Below are positions 25,800-38,560 of a stretch of 64,000 nucleotides of DNA, in pieces. Position 1 is the first letter of the stretch; the number at the start of each line of letters is the position of its first letter. The stretch spans positions 4,995,741-5,059,740 of the forward strand of contig MU058636.1 of assembly GCA_013265495.1 (NCBI GenBank), given 5' to 3'. The notes below the pieces were generated by a model. The model had not been told where the DNA came from, did not search any database, and saw only the letters and a list, made by a program, of their open reading frames with translations. This DNA comes from Vicugna vicugna (Eukaryota). The position numbers were made by a program, and so were the translations under genes.

Positions 25800-28089
25800 T
25801 AATTAGTTTGAAAGGGATTTAAAAATAGCTGCTTGGCAAACAGGTTCCTGGTGAGAACTTGTTTGGTAAGGGTTTTTTTTTTCATTGTTGTTTTCTTAAA
25901 GAGCTATATGTTTTATTCTATAACTATGTTCTTTTGGGGAAGACAGAATACTTCCTATATTTTAGACTTTTTGATGTGTGTCAGCTTTTGGATAAGTCTC
26001 TAAGTTAATTAAATATCTTGATTATCAAAAAAGAGAATAGAGGAAGGCTTGAGTACTCACTGAGCATGATGTTTATTTCCACCTCCCTCAAGTTTCCCAG
26101 AACAGCTGTTAGCGGCAAGAGTAGGTAGTAGTATCAGGTGTCCTGGTTGTGATCTTCTCTTTCATTGAGCAGGCTCTCATCTGCACAGTTCTGTACTGCT
26201 GAGTCTGATGGGTACTTTGCCAGTTGGGAGCAGAAGGGTGGAGGAAAGGTTTTCTTCAACATTGGGACAGGTTTCTGAGTGCAGCCCAGTGACAGTTGTC
26301 TTTTTCTTTGAATTGGCGTAAACCTGTGGTATGTTGGTACAAACAAGGAGAAGCCCTAGTGAGGGAACTGGTTGTCTACTTAAAATGTCAGTTAGCAAAT
26401 GTAAAAATATCCAGGCTCTAACCAGATTTTTCATGTTTATTTAGTGACAGAGCTGGAATTCAGGCTAATATTAAATAAATGGATATTTGTCTTCCTACTA
26501 TAGTAATATTGCTTCTACTAGTATAACTTTTTTTTCCCCTCAAGTACTGTTTAGAAGGGCAGAATGTAAGGACACATTGCCTTTGCTGCTTAATATAATT
26601 TAATTAAAATACTTGAGATATGCTCACCCTAAATATGTTATATACTACAAATTTTTAGTCAGTGATGGTCACTTTTTGATTTAAGCTATAACCGTAATAG
26701 TTTATAATGAGCTTTAGAATTGCTTGAGATTTCATCTTTAAATTAGTAAATAACTTTAATAGGTAGGATAATTTCTGCTTTATGTTAAGTGAAGGCAAGT
26801 TTCAAAATCCAGGCCTTTTCAGAAGTTGTAAATTGTGATAGAAGGTATAGGTAGAGAGAGAATTCACTGACTTTGAAGTTCAGAAGGAATTTCAGAGATG
26901 GCTATTCTATTTCTTTGAAAATTACTGTATTAATTACATGACTCTTAGCTGTTAGATTTTTACAGTCCTCTGGATAATGGTCATTTTTCTTTTAATGTTA
27001 ATATTCTTAAAGATTGCTAGTTAAACTTTTTATGGAACTTTAGTAACTTGAAAACAGTAAGGTACAGCTATTTAAAGATGAAAATGCAATACTCTTGGTT
27101 TGTCAGTACCATTTTGGAGTGACTACCTTAAAAGAATTTGTGTCCAGATTTAAACTAATTTATCTCTTTTAAAAAATGCAAAGGTGTTTTAAAAATGTAC
27201 TGTTGAAGAGAATTAAAATATTAAACAGTTGCCTTATGTATCAAAAGAGGAAGAGTGGTTTTGTATGCTTCTGCATTATATTAGTGTTTTTTGGTAGTGC
27301 TTCATATGTGTGATAATGGGGTTAACAGAAGTATAGATAATTGAAAACAAAAGAAGGAGAAGTATTATCTGGTTTGGGGGAATTTCCTTTTTAAAATTAA
27401 AATGTGATTGGTTCTGATTTTCTGTAACAATATTTCAGTAGCATTAACTGCTCTCTGTTTTATGTATATTTTTCTTGAGTACCTGTATAATTTCATTTTA
27501 GATTTAAATACCTGCCAAAGAACAATAAAAATACTATAAGGACATCAAAATTTCGGGATATAAGAAGAATATTCACTTATATAATTTATAAATAAATATT
27601 ACTTGTAAATGAAAGTATATAATATTACATCTGTTACTTAAAATTATATTTCTGTTTTAGGAAAAAGCATCCTCATTCTCATGGCTAACTAACCCTTTTC
27701 TGTTTGTGTCTTTGATTCCTTTTCATCCTGCCTCGTACAGGACCTTACTCCATTAAATATTGTTTAATCTCTGCAGTTAATTGCTATGTGCCCTTGTCTA
27801 CAAACATGTTTCAGTTAATGATAGATCCTCCCTATTTTTGTACAAAAGAAAAAAAAACACCACTATTTCTTTTGATATAGCTGTCTCCTCAAATGTTTTT
27901 ATTTCTTATATTTGACTCCTCTTTTTTCTTCATACATCATCAGTTGCTAGTCCTAGTCCTATAAATTTCACCTCATGTCTGTCATCTCTTTTTGTAATTT
28001 GAACTTTAAAAAAATTAATATAGTTGGAATATTCTGGAAGGGTTCTTATCCTATTTTGTTATTTAAATTTATGTGTTTGTGTTTTTCAG

Positions 28090-28171
28090 AGCATTAAATG
28101 AAATGTGGAAATGTCAAAATCTGCTCAGACATCAAGTAAAGGATTTGCTTGACTTAATTAAGCAACCTAAA
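28090..28171 (+). CDS. PDS5B: PDS5B exon 14 (82 nt), ALNEMWKCQ...LIKQPK
   Basis: tttttcag|A acceptor, AAA|gtaagt donor. Confidence 0.97.
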
Positions 28172-31164
28172 GTAAGTTAAATTTAATGAGAAGTTTTCCT
28201 TTGATAAGTTCTGTAAAACACATGTATTTTAGTTACTCTTCACCATTGCTGCTATGTGTTAAATGGGTATTTCTATGTAGAACAATTCTGACTCTAGAAC
28301 CTGTGGTCTCTAACTTAGAACCCTGAAATTTTAAAGAAACTTATTACATAGAAAAATTTAAATTTAGTGTATCTACAGAAGGTAATATCCAGCAGGAAAG
28401 AGAATGTACTTTTGTGTATTTAGAATTAAGGTTTTTTGGATAACTTTGAAATTAAATAAAGCCAAAACAGTAACTCAGCATCATTGAAAGCATATAGAAT
28501 AGAGTAAAATTACACTTCATGTTGCCACATTAAAGTGCTCCCATCATCTCTGTATAGTCTTGTGGTTATAGAAAGTTTTAGTATCATGTAATTATAGTTA
28601 AATATCTTGATATTTTTACTCACAGTTAATGTTACGGTAATTTTAATGTACTACTTACTGGTCTTCATAATTATAATTGATGGTTATTCATCCACTTGGT
28701 GTGGTTTGAGAATGTTATATATAGGCCTATAAAAGATATAGTTCATTTAAAAAACAACGTATTTTAAACTGCATCAGGGGAAACAATATGGTGTTATTTT
28801 TTTTCTTATTCAGTGCATAGTAGACCCCCCCACCAGCCCCTGCCCCAATATACCTCTTGTTCATAGGACGAAGATCAATAGAGTGGAATTATTTCATCTA
28901 AGGGGAGAAAATTTCTGATTTTCCTAGATGTAAATTTGGCCATTTGCCCTAAAAATCAGTGAGCTAACGCTAGCTGTTTGGTTTATAGTGACCATCTCAC
29001 TTTTTTTTTAAACCTCTAAGTCACAAGTAATAAGGCATTTCACACCACTTGTTTGCCAAATTGAAGCTTATAACTGAATAGTATTTTTGTTTTATAGGCT
29101 AACAATAACCTCTTTGTTTATGGCTTATTAAACATAATTTAACCTTCTATGATTATTGAGTATATTTAACCTGCTAGACTAAGTTTTCCCTTATAGCCTA
29201 TGACTTAAACTAATTTTAGTGGTTCTGTTTCAGTACTTTCTCTGCCAAGGAGGGAAATTGGAAAATCCCAGTTAAATCAGTATGTTTCAGCCAATAAACA
29301 TGTGTTTCAGTCAATGTTATAATGCAATCAATTAGGGTGTTTTAGTTAATAATAAGCTATGGATGAAGTGCCCTTGTTTGCTAGCTAGAGCTGTATTAAT
29401 TTACTTCCTCTTTGTAAAGTTGCAAAAGTGTTAATTAAAAATGTAAGATGTTCTTATGCATGTATATAAAATTAATCCTGATTTTAGGCATTGTTGAATT
29501 CTTAATAGTAGCCAGGTAGCATGTTAAGTGTATAAGGGCATACGTTGAACAGTATGAAGTATGCATTTGTCATAAAAAATTACTTTGTGTTTGACTCTCA
29601 CTGTCCTTGTAAAATTTATTTAGTGGGAGCTTCTTCCCCTTACTTGTTGATAAAACTTGGGAGGTCTTATGACTTTCCTGTACAGTTGTACGTGAGATAA
29701 AATACAGTCTTAATTCAATTAGAATGTTTAGTTCCCTTCTACTTTGTGGAATTTTTCTTTAAATTGTCTTAAAATAATTACGAAGTCATCCAAATTAAAT
29801 AGGGAATTCTCATTCATGTGTGGTGGGGTTGAAGAAGAGAAAGAATGGAGGAAGATAGGACTCTAAAGTGGAACTTTAGTGAAAGGAGAATTAGTTAGTC
29901 TCTTATTACTTAATATTCATTTTATACTGAGAATTATAGTAGATATTGTATATTGTAGAGTGTAAGTTAGAAAAAAATACAAAGCTATGTTTAACTCTTG
30001 GGTGTTTATAATTCCATTTTATCGGAAAAACTCTTAGATACTGAATAACCAATGTATGTTTCTTTGACTTCATTATTCTTTGTAATTAAGATTGTTTTTA
30101 TTCTTTCTTAACTCAGCAGTGTAGCCCTTCTGCTTCATTTAACTGTGTTGATTTGCTCAGTGCCTCTCAAAATGACTTTGTAATTTGCAATGTTGTACCT
30201 TGTATGATGTTTTTCATGTGGATCAATTTCTTAAAAGCCCAGCACCACCTCTTTCCCCCCAGATTAAACAATAGCAGTAGAAATCTTACGTTTCTAGACA
30301 GATCTGTTCAAATACTTTTAAGTTCTAAATATTTGGGAATTAGATGTTGTACTCTGTTATTCTTTATCTCTTTATCCTCAGCAAGCTCCTCCTCAGTAGG
30401 GTTGGTTTATTAGTTTATTTGTTTGTGTTTTGATTTGTTGCCTTCATCCCGATGTTTTTCTAGCTCAATATTTTACCGAGTTGCTCATTGCTATCTTTTT
30501 TATTCTAAATAACACTAACCTGATGGAATGAATAACTGGCATTCTTAGAAACATCTTTTATACATATGACTTTGTACAAAGTGTATTACATGCAGCACCA
30601 TGTGGTGAACACATTCATTAACTGAAATAGTAGCAAATAACTAGCACTCTTGGAAAAATCTTTTGTACAAGTCAGTGGCATCTTAATTGCCTTCATCCAG
30701 TCTTCCACATAGGCTTCCTGACTGTGCCTTATAATCCTCAGGCGTAACAATTTTAGAAATACCTCAGTTCAATCAGAATTGTGTTAAATGTCAACTTTTT
30801 GTTTGAAATAAGGCTAAAAACGTGAGAACCGTTTCCTTTTTTTAAACTTAATTGCCCTGTTCTTTGAGTACTTAAGAAAAACAAAATATCTCCCTGTCCG
30901 GAAAGGTTGGTGCATCAGTCTGTTTTTTGTTTTGGAGGCTGACAAAACAAGATGAGAGAAGAGGGGACAACAGTGCAGTATGATTTCACTTGCACCTTTC
31001 ATTCAGTTTATCTGGAGTTGAAACATGGCTAAAGAAGGAGCATATAATGGTGGTCAGGGTGCAGGCCTTGGGTTAGTAGGTTGTGCTTACCTAATTTTCT
31101 GAATAATATAATGAAGATTGTTGTTAGTAAATTTTAATTTTGCATTTTTTTGTGTGATTTACAG

Positions 31165-31213
31165 ACAGATGCCAGTGTCAAGGCAATATTTTCAAAAGTG
31201 ATGGTTATTACAA
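31165..31213 (+). CDS. PDS5B: PDS5B exon 15 (49 nt), TDASVKAIFSKVMVIT(R)
   Basis: tttacag|ACA acceptor, A|gtaagt donor. Confidence 0.96.
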
Positions 31214-33461
31214 GTAAGTTATTTTAATTATTATATGTAAAATTTAAGGTTTATTTGAAACGTTTCTTTCTGATAATGTAAAGTGTTTCATGGAGTTGCA
31301 TTTTAGGCTGTGATAGTATAGAAAAGATTCAAGTGTTCTTGATTGATTTTTCCCACATACTCAGCTTTTCTTTTTTTTCTGATTTTCATTTATTTTGCAT
31401 ATGACACAGTATTTTCTTTTGTGTATTGAAATGAGCAAGAGCTAGAGAAAGTATTTATTATATAAATTTATTTTTGAGAATTCATTCAAGTTACTGCATA
31501 AACTTGCTGTTTAAACAGTCAGTTCTTTGGTGTCGCTTTGCTCTAATGTGAATTTATTTGAAGCTAATTTCATTCTAAGCTGAAATTTATAGTGAAGGAT
31601 ATACCTGGTAACTACAAAAGAGCTCCTTTGGGAAAAAAAAGCTAATTTGCTTTTTTACTTTTAGTAATTTCAAATAAAATGTTAATTTAATTGCCTTTAA
31701 CAATGAATACTGGAAGATTGTGTAGCCCATCTCCTTTGTTCAGCGCAGGAATAGGGAAGATTAGCTGTTTTTGCAGGGCATTTGCTTTCTTCTGACCTCA
31801 GAGATCACTGCGGTTAGCATATGGATGGAAAAACAGGAACGCCTGGAGAAATCTTCTGTTGACCTTCCACTCCGTAGTAATGAAGAGATCTTAGATGGAT
31901 TTCTGAGATGTTCACAAATACTGCAAGATGTATGTGGAAGTAATGCTGAGACGCTGGAGAGAAGAGTAGCCTAATTCACTGGGTTTTAGACTAGGTGATA
32001 GAAGATTTATTAGCATGAGTAGGAATTTCAGACCCAAATATCTTTTAGTCCTGGGCAGTTTAACATAAATTAGTTTTCAGTCCCTTTGGATAACTTAAAG
32101 CAAATGATTTTATGCTATTGCTTTTTTAAAATAACTATTTCCTTGGTTGTTTGGCTGTGGACATTATCCCCTAAAGGTGATAATCTCCTGTTTTCTATTT
32201 TTAACCCCCTATCCATTTTTTTTCCAGTAAGTGCAGTTATTTCCCAAATTCTGTTCTGAGGAATGCTAGTATCCTGCAGGTGTTAACAGTTTTGTTAGAA
32301 AAAAGGGTTCCATGGTCAGGGAGATTTGTAGAATCCTGAATTGAAGAGTTTTGTTGTTTTTCCCTCCCTCCCTTTCTGTCTCTGTCTCTCTCCCCTCCTT
32401 TTATCTTCCTTCTTCTCTCCCTTTTCTTCTCCCTTCCTCCACCCCCATTTCACTTTCTTTTTGTTTTGTTTCTGAAATGATAGGCTTTATTGTAACCTTT
32501 AATATGATGCATATACATTATGGAGGGGCTGTAAAGTGACATTTTCCAAACTGTTTGCAAACAGAACAATAGAATTTTTGTATTACAAAAATATGGAAAG
32601 GTTAAACGGTCAAGTAGTTAGAAGGGAAATTTTTCTTACTACAGTGATCTAGCCAAGACTTAAAATGGAATTTCAAAGTTGCATATGAATTTGAAAATGG
32701 CATTTACTGGGTTCATAATTTAAGATTCAACAAATTTCTACTACTTTTATTACAGTCCATAGTTCTATATTACAATTTCAGTTATTGGAAGTATTCTGCC
32801 AGTTAGTTTCTCCATCACAGTTGTGAGTAACCAGAAAAAAAGATGCTAGAATGAATATTTCATTAGCTTTCGTTAAGTGTTTTGATATGTGATATATTAG
32901 GAGAGTAGTGTAAAGATCATTTCTGATCCTATAAGGACTCATCCTTTCTCACGCACGCAGTATTGGCAAATGCAGCAGTAACACCTGGAACATGCTGCTC
33001 AGCATGCATGTGTGTGTGAATCATCTCTGGCTGGTTTAACAATAAACAATGCAGTACAGGAAAATGTTTCTTAAAGGTAAAACTTATTGATCTCTTGCTA
33101 TGAATTACAAGACAACAATGTATGCAGCAAGCTCAAGGGGAGAGTAATAAAATTGGTATTATTCAGACTGACATTTAATGCCATTAGATATTATAAGAAG
33201 TGATTTAGAAATAGCCATTTCAGTCTTTCCCTGCATAGATGGTCCTTCACAGTGATATGATTTTATGTTTCTAGGAAACATTTCTATTTGTGAAAATTTA
33301 ATATTGAAGGTGCTCCACAATTTTTATTTTATTGAATTAAACTGAATTTATAAGTTAGGATTATTCATCAAAGTGATAAAAAGGATTAAAAAATACTGAC
33401 TTTTTATTATTTTGAGAAATTTCTAAAATTATATTTTTATTGAATTTTGATTTAATTTAAG

Positions 33462-33601
33462 GAAATTTGCCAGATCCTGGTAAGGCTCAGGATTTCATGA
33501 AGAAATTCACACAGGTGTTAGAAGATGATGAGAAAATAAGAAAACAGTTAGAAGTACTTGTCAGTCCAACATGTTCCTGCAAGCAGGCTGAAGGTTGTGT
33601 G
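33462..33601 (+). CDS. PDS5B: PDS5B exon 16 (140 nt), NLPDPGKAQ...QAEGCV
   Basis: aatttaag|GA acceptor (weak), GTG|gtaagg donor. Confidence 0.96.
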
Positions 33602-33689
33602 GTAAGGAAAGAAATTTTAAAAGAGCTACTGTTTGAAGAAACTCCCAAATCTTTTTGTGTCTCCTTTGGTAAAATAATACGTATTTATT

Positions 33690-34400
33690 ATATAAAATTT
33701 AGAAAATATCACAAAAATAACAGTAGAGTTAAACTGTAATTCCTCTATCGAGACAATTGTTTGTTAATATCATGGTGTATGTCCTGCCAAAATAGGATTA
33801 TATTATACATACAGCTTTGTACATTTTACCTTTTTCTATTAATTTGTCTTTTATAGTATTGTATTTAATAGCAACATAGCACACCATTGAATATATATAT
33901 CATAATTTATTGAAGAGTCCTCTTGTGTTACACATTTAAATTTTTTCCCAGTTTTTGATTAATATAAAGAATACTTTAATATCTTTACAGCTAAATAACT
34001 TTACAGTCTTGATTTCATTTCTTTAGGATAAATTCAGTATTGGCCAGTACCATTGTTGGAAATAAGCAAAACTCAAGCAAAACTTAGTTATTTTGGTAGG
34101 ATCTGTAAAACTGGTTGCTGGTTGTCTGACCATTTTTCTGCTTGGGTGTATTAGCCATTTATATTTCTTTCGTAAGTGTGTGTTTTTCATGTTTGCCTGT
34201 TTTTCTGGACAGTTTATCTTTATCTTATTGATTTGTCAGTTTGTCGTGGTATTGTATGTTAAGCTGCAGATAATTTTCTATCAGTTGTAGCTTACCCTTT
34301 TCATTTTGTTTACGATGTCCTTTACATACCATAGCTTTATTATCTCACTGAGCCTCCTCATGGTTTTTACCTTTAGAGTCCTGCTTATGAGATCCCATTC
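33690..34400 (-). mobile_element. Old L1 fragments, followed by a MER5-like piece (~34430-34590)
   Basis: Degenerate antisense L1 ORF2/3' motifs. Confidence 0.45.
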
Positions 34401-34864
34401 TACTGCAGGTCAATGAGACTGTTTACTAATGTCAGTATCTCTTAATCCATTGCCCATGTATCTTCCTAGAGCCTTTAAAAAAAAAAAAGATGATTCTTGG
34501 CTCCAGCCCAGATTTACCAAATGAGAATCTTCACAATGAGACCTAGCAATCTGTAGTTTTAATAAGCTCCCCTGGTACTTTTATTTGCTGAAATTTGTTT
34601 GAAATTTTGCTGAAATTTGAAATAATATTCAACATTCAATATGTTCAATATATTGAATAATCTCTCTTTTTCCTATTACTTGAAATGTTACCTTTCTCAA
34701 TATGCTAAATTCTTAAATCTGTTTTCCAGACTTGTTCAATTCCTATAGATTTGTTTATTATAGCACCAATACTACATGGTTTTAATTATTATAGATTCTT
34801 AACATTTAAATGTAATTAATTACTTAAACATACTTTTAAAATATTTTAAAAATCTGTATTACAG

Positions 34865-34980
34865 CGTGAAATAACTAAGAAGTTGGGCAACCCCAAACAG
34901 CCTACAAATCCTTTTCTGGAAATGATCAAGTTTCTCTTGGAGAGAATAGCACCTGTGCATATAGATACTGAATCTATCAG
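34865..34980 (+). CDS. PDS5B: PDS5B exon 17 (116 nt), [10 protein letters not shown]...DTESI(S)
   Basis: attacag|CGT acceptor, CAG|gtattt donor. Confidence 0.97.
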
Positions 34981-36254
34981 GTATTTCTATATTAAAATAT
35001 TGAATTTCCATTACTGTTCATTCATTCATGCCTCACTTAGTCACTCATTATTGAGTATCTACTGTATAGAAAGCACTCATCTGTATAGATTTATTTATTT
35101 ACATAATGGCTATGCACTCATCTGTATATACAGCTATTCATACATATCTTTGTGTATATACACACACTCATCTGTATAAATCTGTATGTATTTAGTTTTT
35201 CCTGTTATTTATTTTAATTTTATGTACTTCTTCAATTTGGGTAAAAAGTTGTCAATCCAAGCCTAGTTTTTATCTGTTAGTAGGATACTAGGAATTCTTC
35301 TTTTTAGTTAGCTTGCATGGGTTAGCTAATAGAAACCAATTGCATTTCTACCCTCAAGAAAAGAAAACTGGGTCAACATGTTGTAAAGCAGTGTATCTAA
35401 AGCACTGAAAATGTTATTTTTAAAACAACCTTCATTTAAAATTTGAGGTTTGATATCATCTGACTATGACATCTTGGAAAATACTTTCTTTTTATGTCTG
35501 TACTCCCTTTTGTAAAGTGTGAAAAGTGCTTTCCTTCTTTTCTTTTTCTTTTTCTTTTCACATTTCTTAAAATGTTTCAACTGGTTGAAAAAAGTAAAGC
35601 ACTTATAAAATACATATAGCATACTGATTATGAGTGATCAGTAGTATCTTTCAGTGATATATATTAGAATCTAAAATAAATAATACTAATGGTACACTCT
35701 GTCCTCAGTGAAGCCACTTTGGGGATTTTGTTTTTTTATTCTGAGGAGGGCATAAGGTGTAGTTTTTGGCCTGTGGACCCCTCTGCCCCTGAGTATGGGG
35801 ACCCTACTTTGGATACCTATTCATCACTTTGGACTCCTCTTGCATCATTTTTCACTTAAAGGAGTTCTTCAGTTTGAAAAATAAAACAAAAGAGACAACT
35901 GGGACCCTCCATATTAGTCCAAGGAAGTATCTGAATCAGACCGAAATTCATTCATTCAGTAAATAATCCCATGCCTTTAATGTTTAAAGTAATGCTGGTT
36001 AGGAATTGGCAAAGCATAGTTTCTGCTTTTCATCAGCTTCCTCTAGGTAGGAAAGTTTTAATCAGGATTATATTATAATTCCATAAAGTTGGTGCAGATA
36101 GTGTTCAGAGGACTGAAAGACGATTTCTCTAAGGTGGTGGTATTTGACCTGAGAGGAAGAATGGCTAAGATTTTGTTTCTACAGAAATGAGATATTCTAG
36201 ATATTGAGATTAATATAAGCCAAACTAACTGGATAGGAAAGAACAGGGATATTT

Positions 36255-36486
36255 AGAAAATAAATTTGGGAGTTTGAGATTTGCGGATGTTAGCCACTAT
36301 ATATAAAAATATATGGATTAAAAAAAAACAGATTTCTTCTGTATAACACAGGGAACTATATTCAGTATCTTGAAAAAAGAATATGAAAACGAATAAATGT
36401 ATGTATATGCATGACTGAGGCATTGTGCTGTACACCAGAAATTGACACATTGTACCTACTGTACTTCAGTTAAAAAAGAAAGAAAA
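36255..36486 (+). mobile_element. L1 3' tail, same family as 25218-25799
   Basis: cacagggaactatattcagtatcttg...tgtgctgtacaccagaaattgacacattgt plus A tail. Confidence 0.8.
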
Positions 36487-37199
36487 TGACTGCCATCTAT
36501 TTAAACTACAGTATGGAGAAGTATAAAAGTGTTATGAGATGGTCCTAAAAAGCCTTCAGGATCATGTTGTGGAAAGCCTTTAAGATCTAACTTTTTAGAG
36601 CTTTTAGTTTGTTGTTTGGTGTGTTGAGAACTTGGAATGATTGGTGATGGATAGGAGGAGGGAAGTAGGACAGAGAGACTAGTAACTGCCTATGGATGTT
36701 AGTGGTAGGATGGAAAGGAAAGAACATATTTGAGGAAGGTTTTAAAAGAAAAACCTAAAAAAATGGGTCATCTTACTAGAAATGGGGAATAAAAAGGAGG
36801 AGGAGTCAGAAGTATACGGGGTGAAGTCCAGATGATGAAGAGAATGATAATACCTTGAAATGAAGGAAGGGAGCTGGTGAGAAAGGGCATGCTTCTTATT
36901 TGGACATGACAAATTTTTTTTTTAATCAAGGCAAATTGAATTTAATGTGAAACTGTGAGAATAGGTTAGTTCCCGGAGCAAGATTGTGTAGAAAGATCAA
37001 AAGATCATGGACAGAACCTTGGAATTTTTTTTAACAATAGAAAAATTACAGAAGGATAAGAAAATCTGTTTACTGTAGTATGTTTGAAAGTTAAGATAAA
37101 GTTTCCAGAAATAATACATATTATGAACAGAGACAGAGGACCAAAGCAGGTCTTTGACTTTAGCCAGTGGTGATATAGAAGATATGTTTAAACATAAAT

Positions 37200-37445
37200 A
37201 ATAATAACAGGTAGTAGCTGTTGGTGCTTATAATGTGCCTGGGATGATTCTAAATATTTTATGTGTTTTAACTCATTTACTTCTGAACTTTATGAGGCAA
37301 GAAATACTATTATTTCCATTTTATGGGTAAGGGACAGTGAGTTACGCAGATGCCGAGTATGTTTCCCACTGCTGGGAGGTAGCTGGTGGCATTGAAACTG
37401 AGAAAGTCTAGCTCCAGCACCTTCTTGGTTAACCACTACACTGTA
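37200..37445 (-). mobile_element. MIR SINE
   Basis: aactcattta...attatttccattttatggg...ttaaccactacactgt is the antisense MIR core and head. Confidence 0.7.
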
Positions 37446-37519
37446 TAATGGGCCTCCAGAAAGATTCCACTCTTAGTCCCCATCAGTGGTCAGTGAGTGT
37501 CCAGTTCACCTAACACTTC

Positions 37520-38560
37520 CTGATAGTAGCTGTTAACCTTTTCAGTCTTTGCCATTTTGTAGATAGATGGTACTGGTTAAAAAAAAAGGGTATTGTGAAT
37601 AAAGTTAAACATTTTTTTTCCATGTGTTTTTGGCTAATTGCATTTTTATTTTTCTGTGAGGGGCTTGGAGGAATTGTCTTTTTCTTATTTAATGAATACT
37701 TTATAAAATAAGACTATTAAGCACTTTGATTGCCTTTTAAATTTATGCTTGACCTTAATAAATAGTAAATTATAAAATCTATCATTTGTTTCCTTGATGA
37801 TTTTGTTCTGCCTTTTATATCATATTTGGTGTTTTTTTTTTAACATTTAATCTTTAATTGGTCTGGAAATCATTTCAGTGTAATGTGGAGGTAGAGATCC
37901 ATCCTTTTTTAAAAGCCTGTTGCTAGTTCTATCAACTCCATTTATTGAAAAATTGATTCCTTCCCATTTGATTTAGGATATTCCCTTGTGATAGCATAAA
38001 TTTTTTTAATATTTGGGCTCTACTGGATTTTTGCTTTTGTTCCTTTCTCTTTTGAGGGTTTTATGATACATTTTTATCTCATTGAGAAAGTTATTTCATC
38101 CTAGCTCCCCTAAAACTTACTGGCTGTCCCAAACATTAATTAATTTTTCCAGATGAGTTATAGAATGCATCTTTTGAATCTTGTCCCGCACCAAGTTGTG
38201 TTCCTCTGAGATACTTACAGATTTAGTGAAAAATGCTATTTGTATAATACTGTTTCCGTCTTATACAAATACTTGTCTTGATTTTTTTCGAATCTCTATA
38301 CTCCCTTTATATAATTTTAGAATTTATATGCAGATTCTGTTCCTAATTATTTTATATTTTTTGACAACTTGTAAATAGATTCCCCTCGTCCCCTGTATTT
38401 TTTTTAGTTGGCTTTGGCTGATACAGAAAAGTACTGTTGATTTTTAGTATTTTGTTGGTGTCACCTCATTGAACTCTTAGTATTTTGTAATAGTTTTTCA
38501 ATTGAATGTCTTAGATTTTCCAGGTTGATGCTTTTTTCACAGATTTTTTTATGTTTATCT
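37520..38560 (-). mobile_element. Old L1 ORF2 fragments
   Basis: ccatttattgaaaa, tactgttgatttt, ttagattttccagg antisense L1 motifs. Confidence 0.5.

Noticed and set aside
26040..26440. GC-richer patch with two short minus-strand ORFs
   Set aside because: No recognisable product or convincing splice pair; probably an old repeat fragment I cannot name.
35074..35178. CRISPR-like repeat-spacer array
   Set aside because: Mammalian intron, only three 14-bp repeats, irregular spacers, no cas genes.
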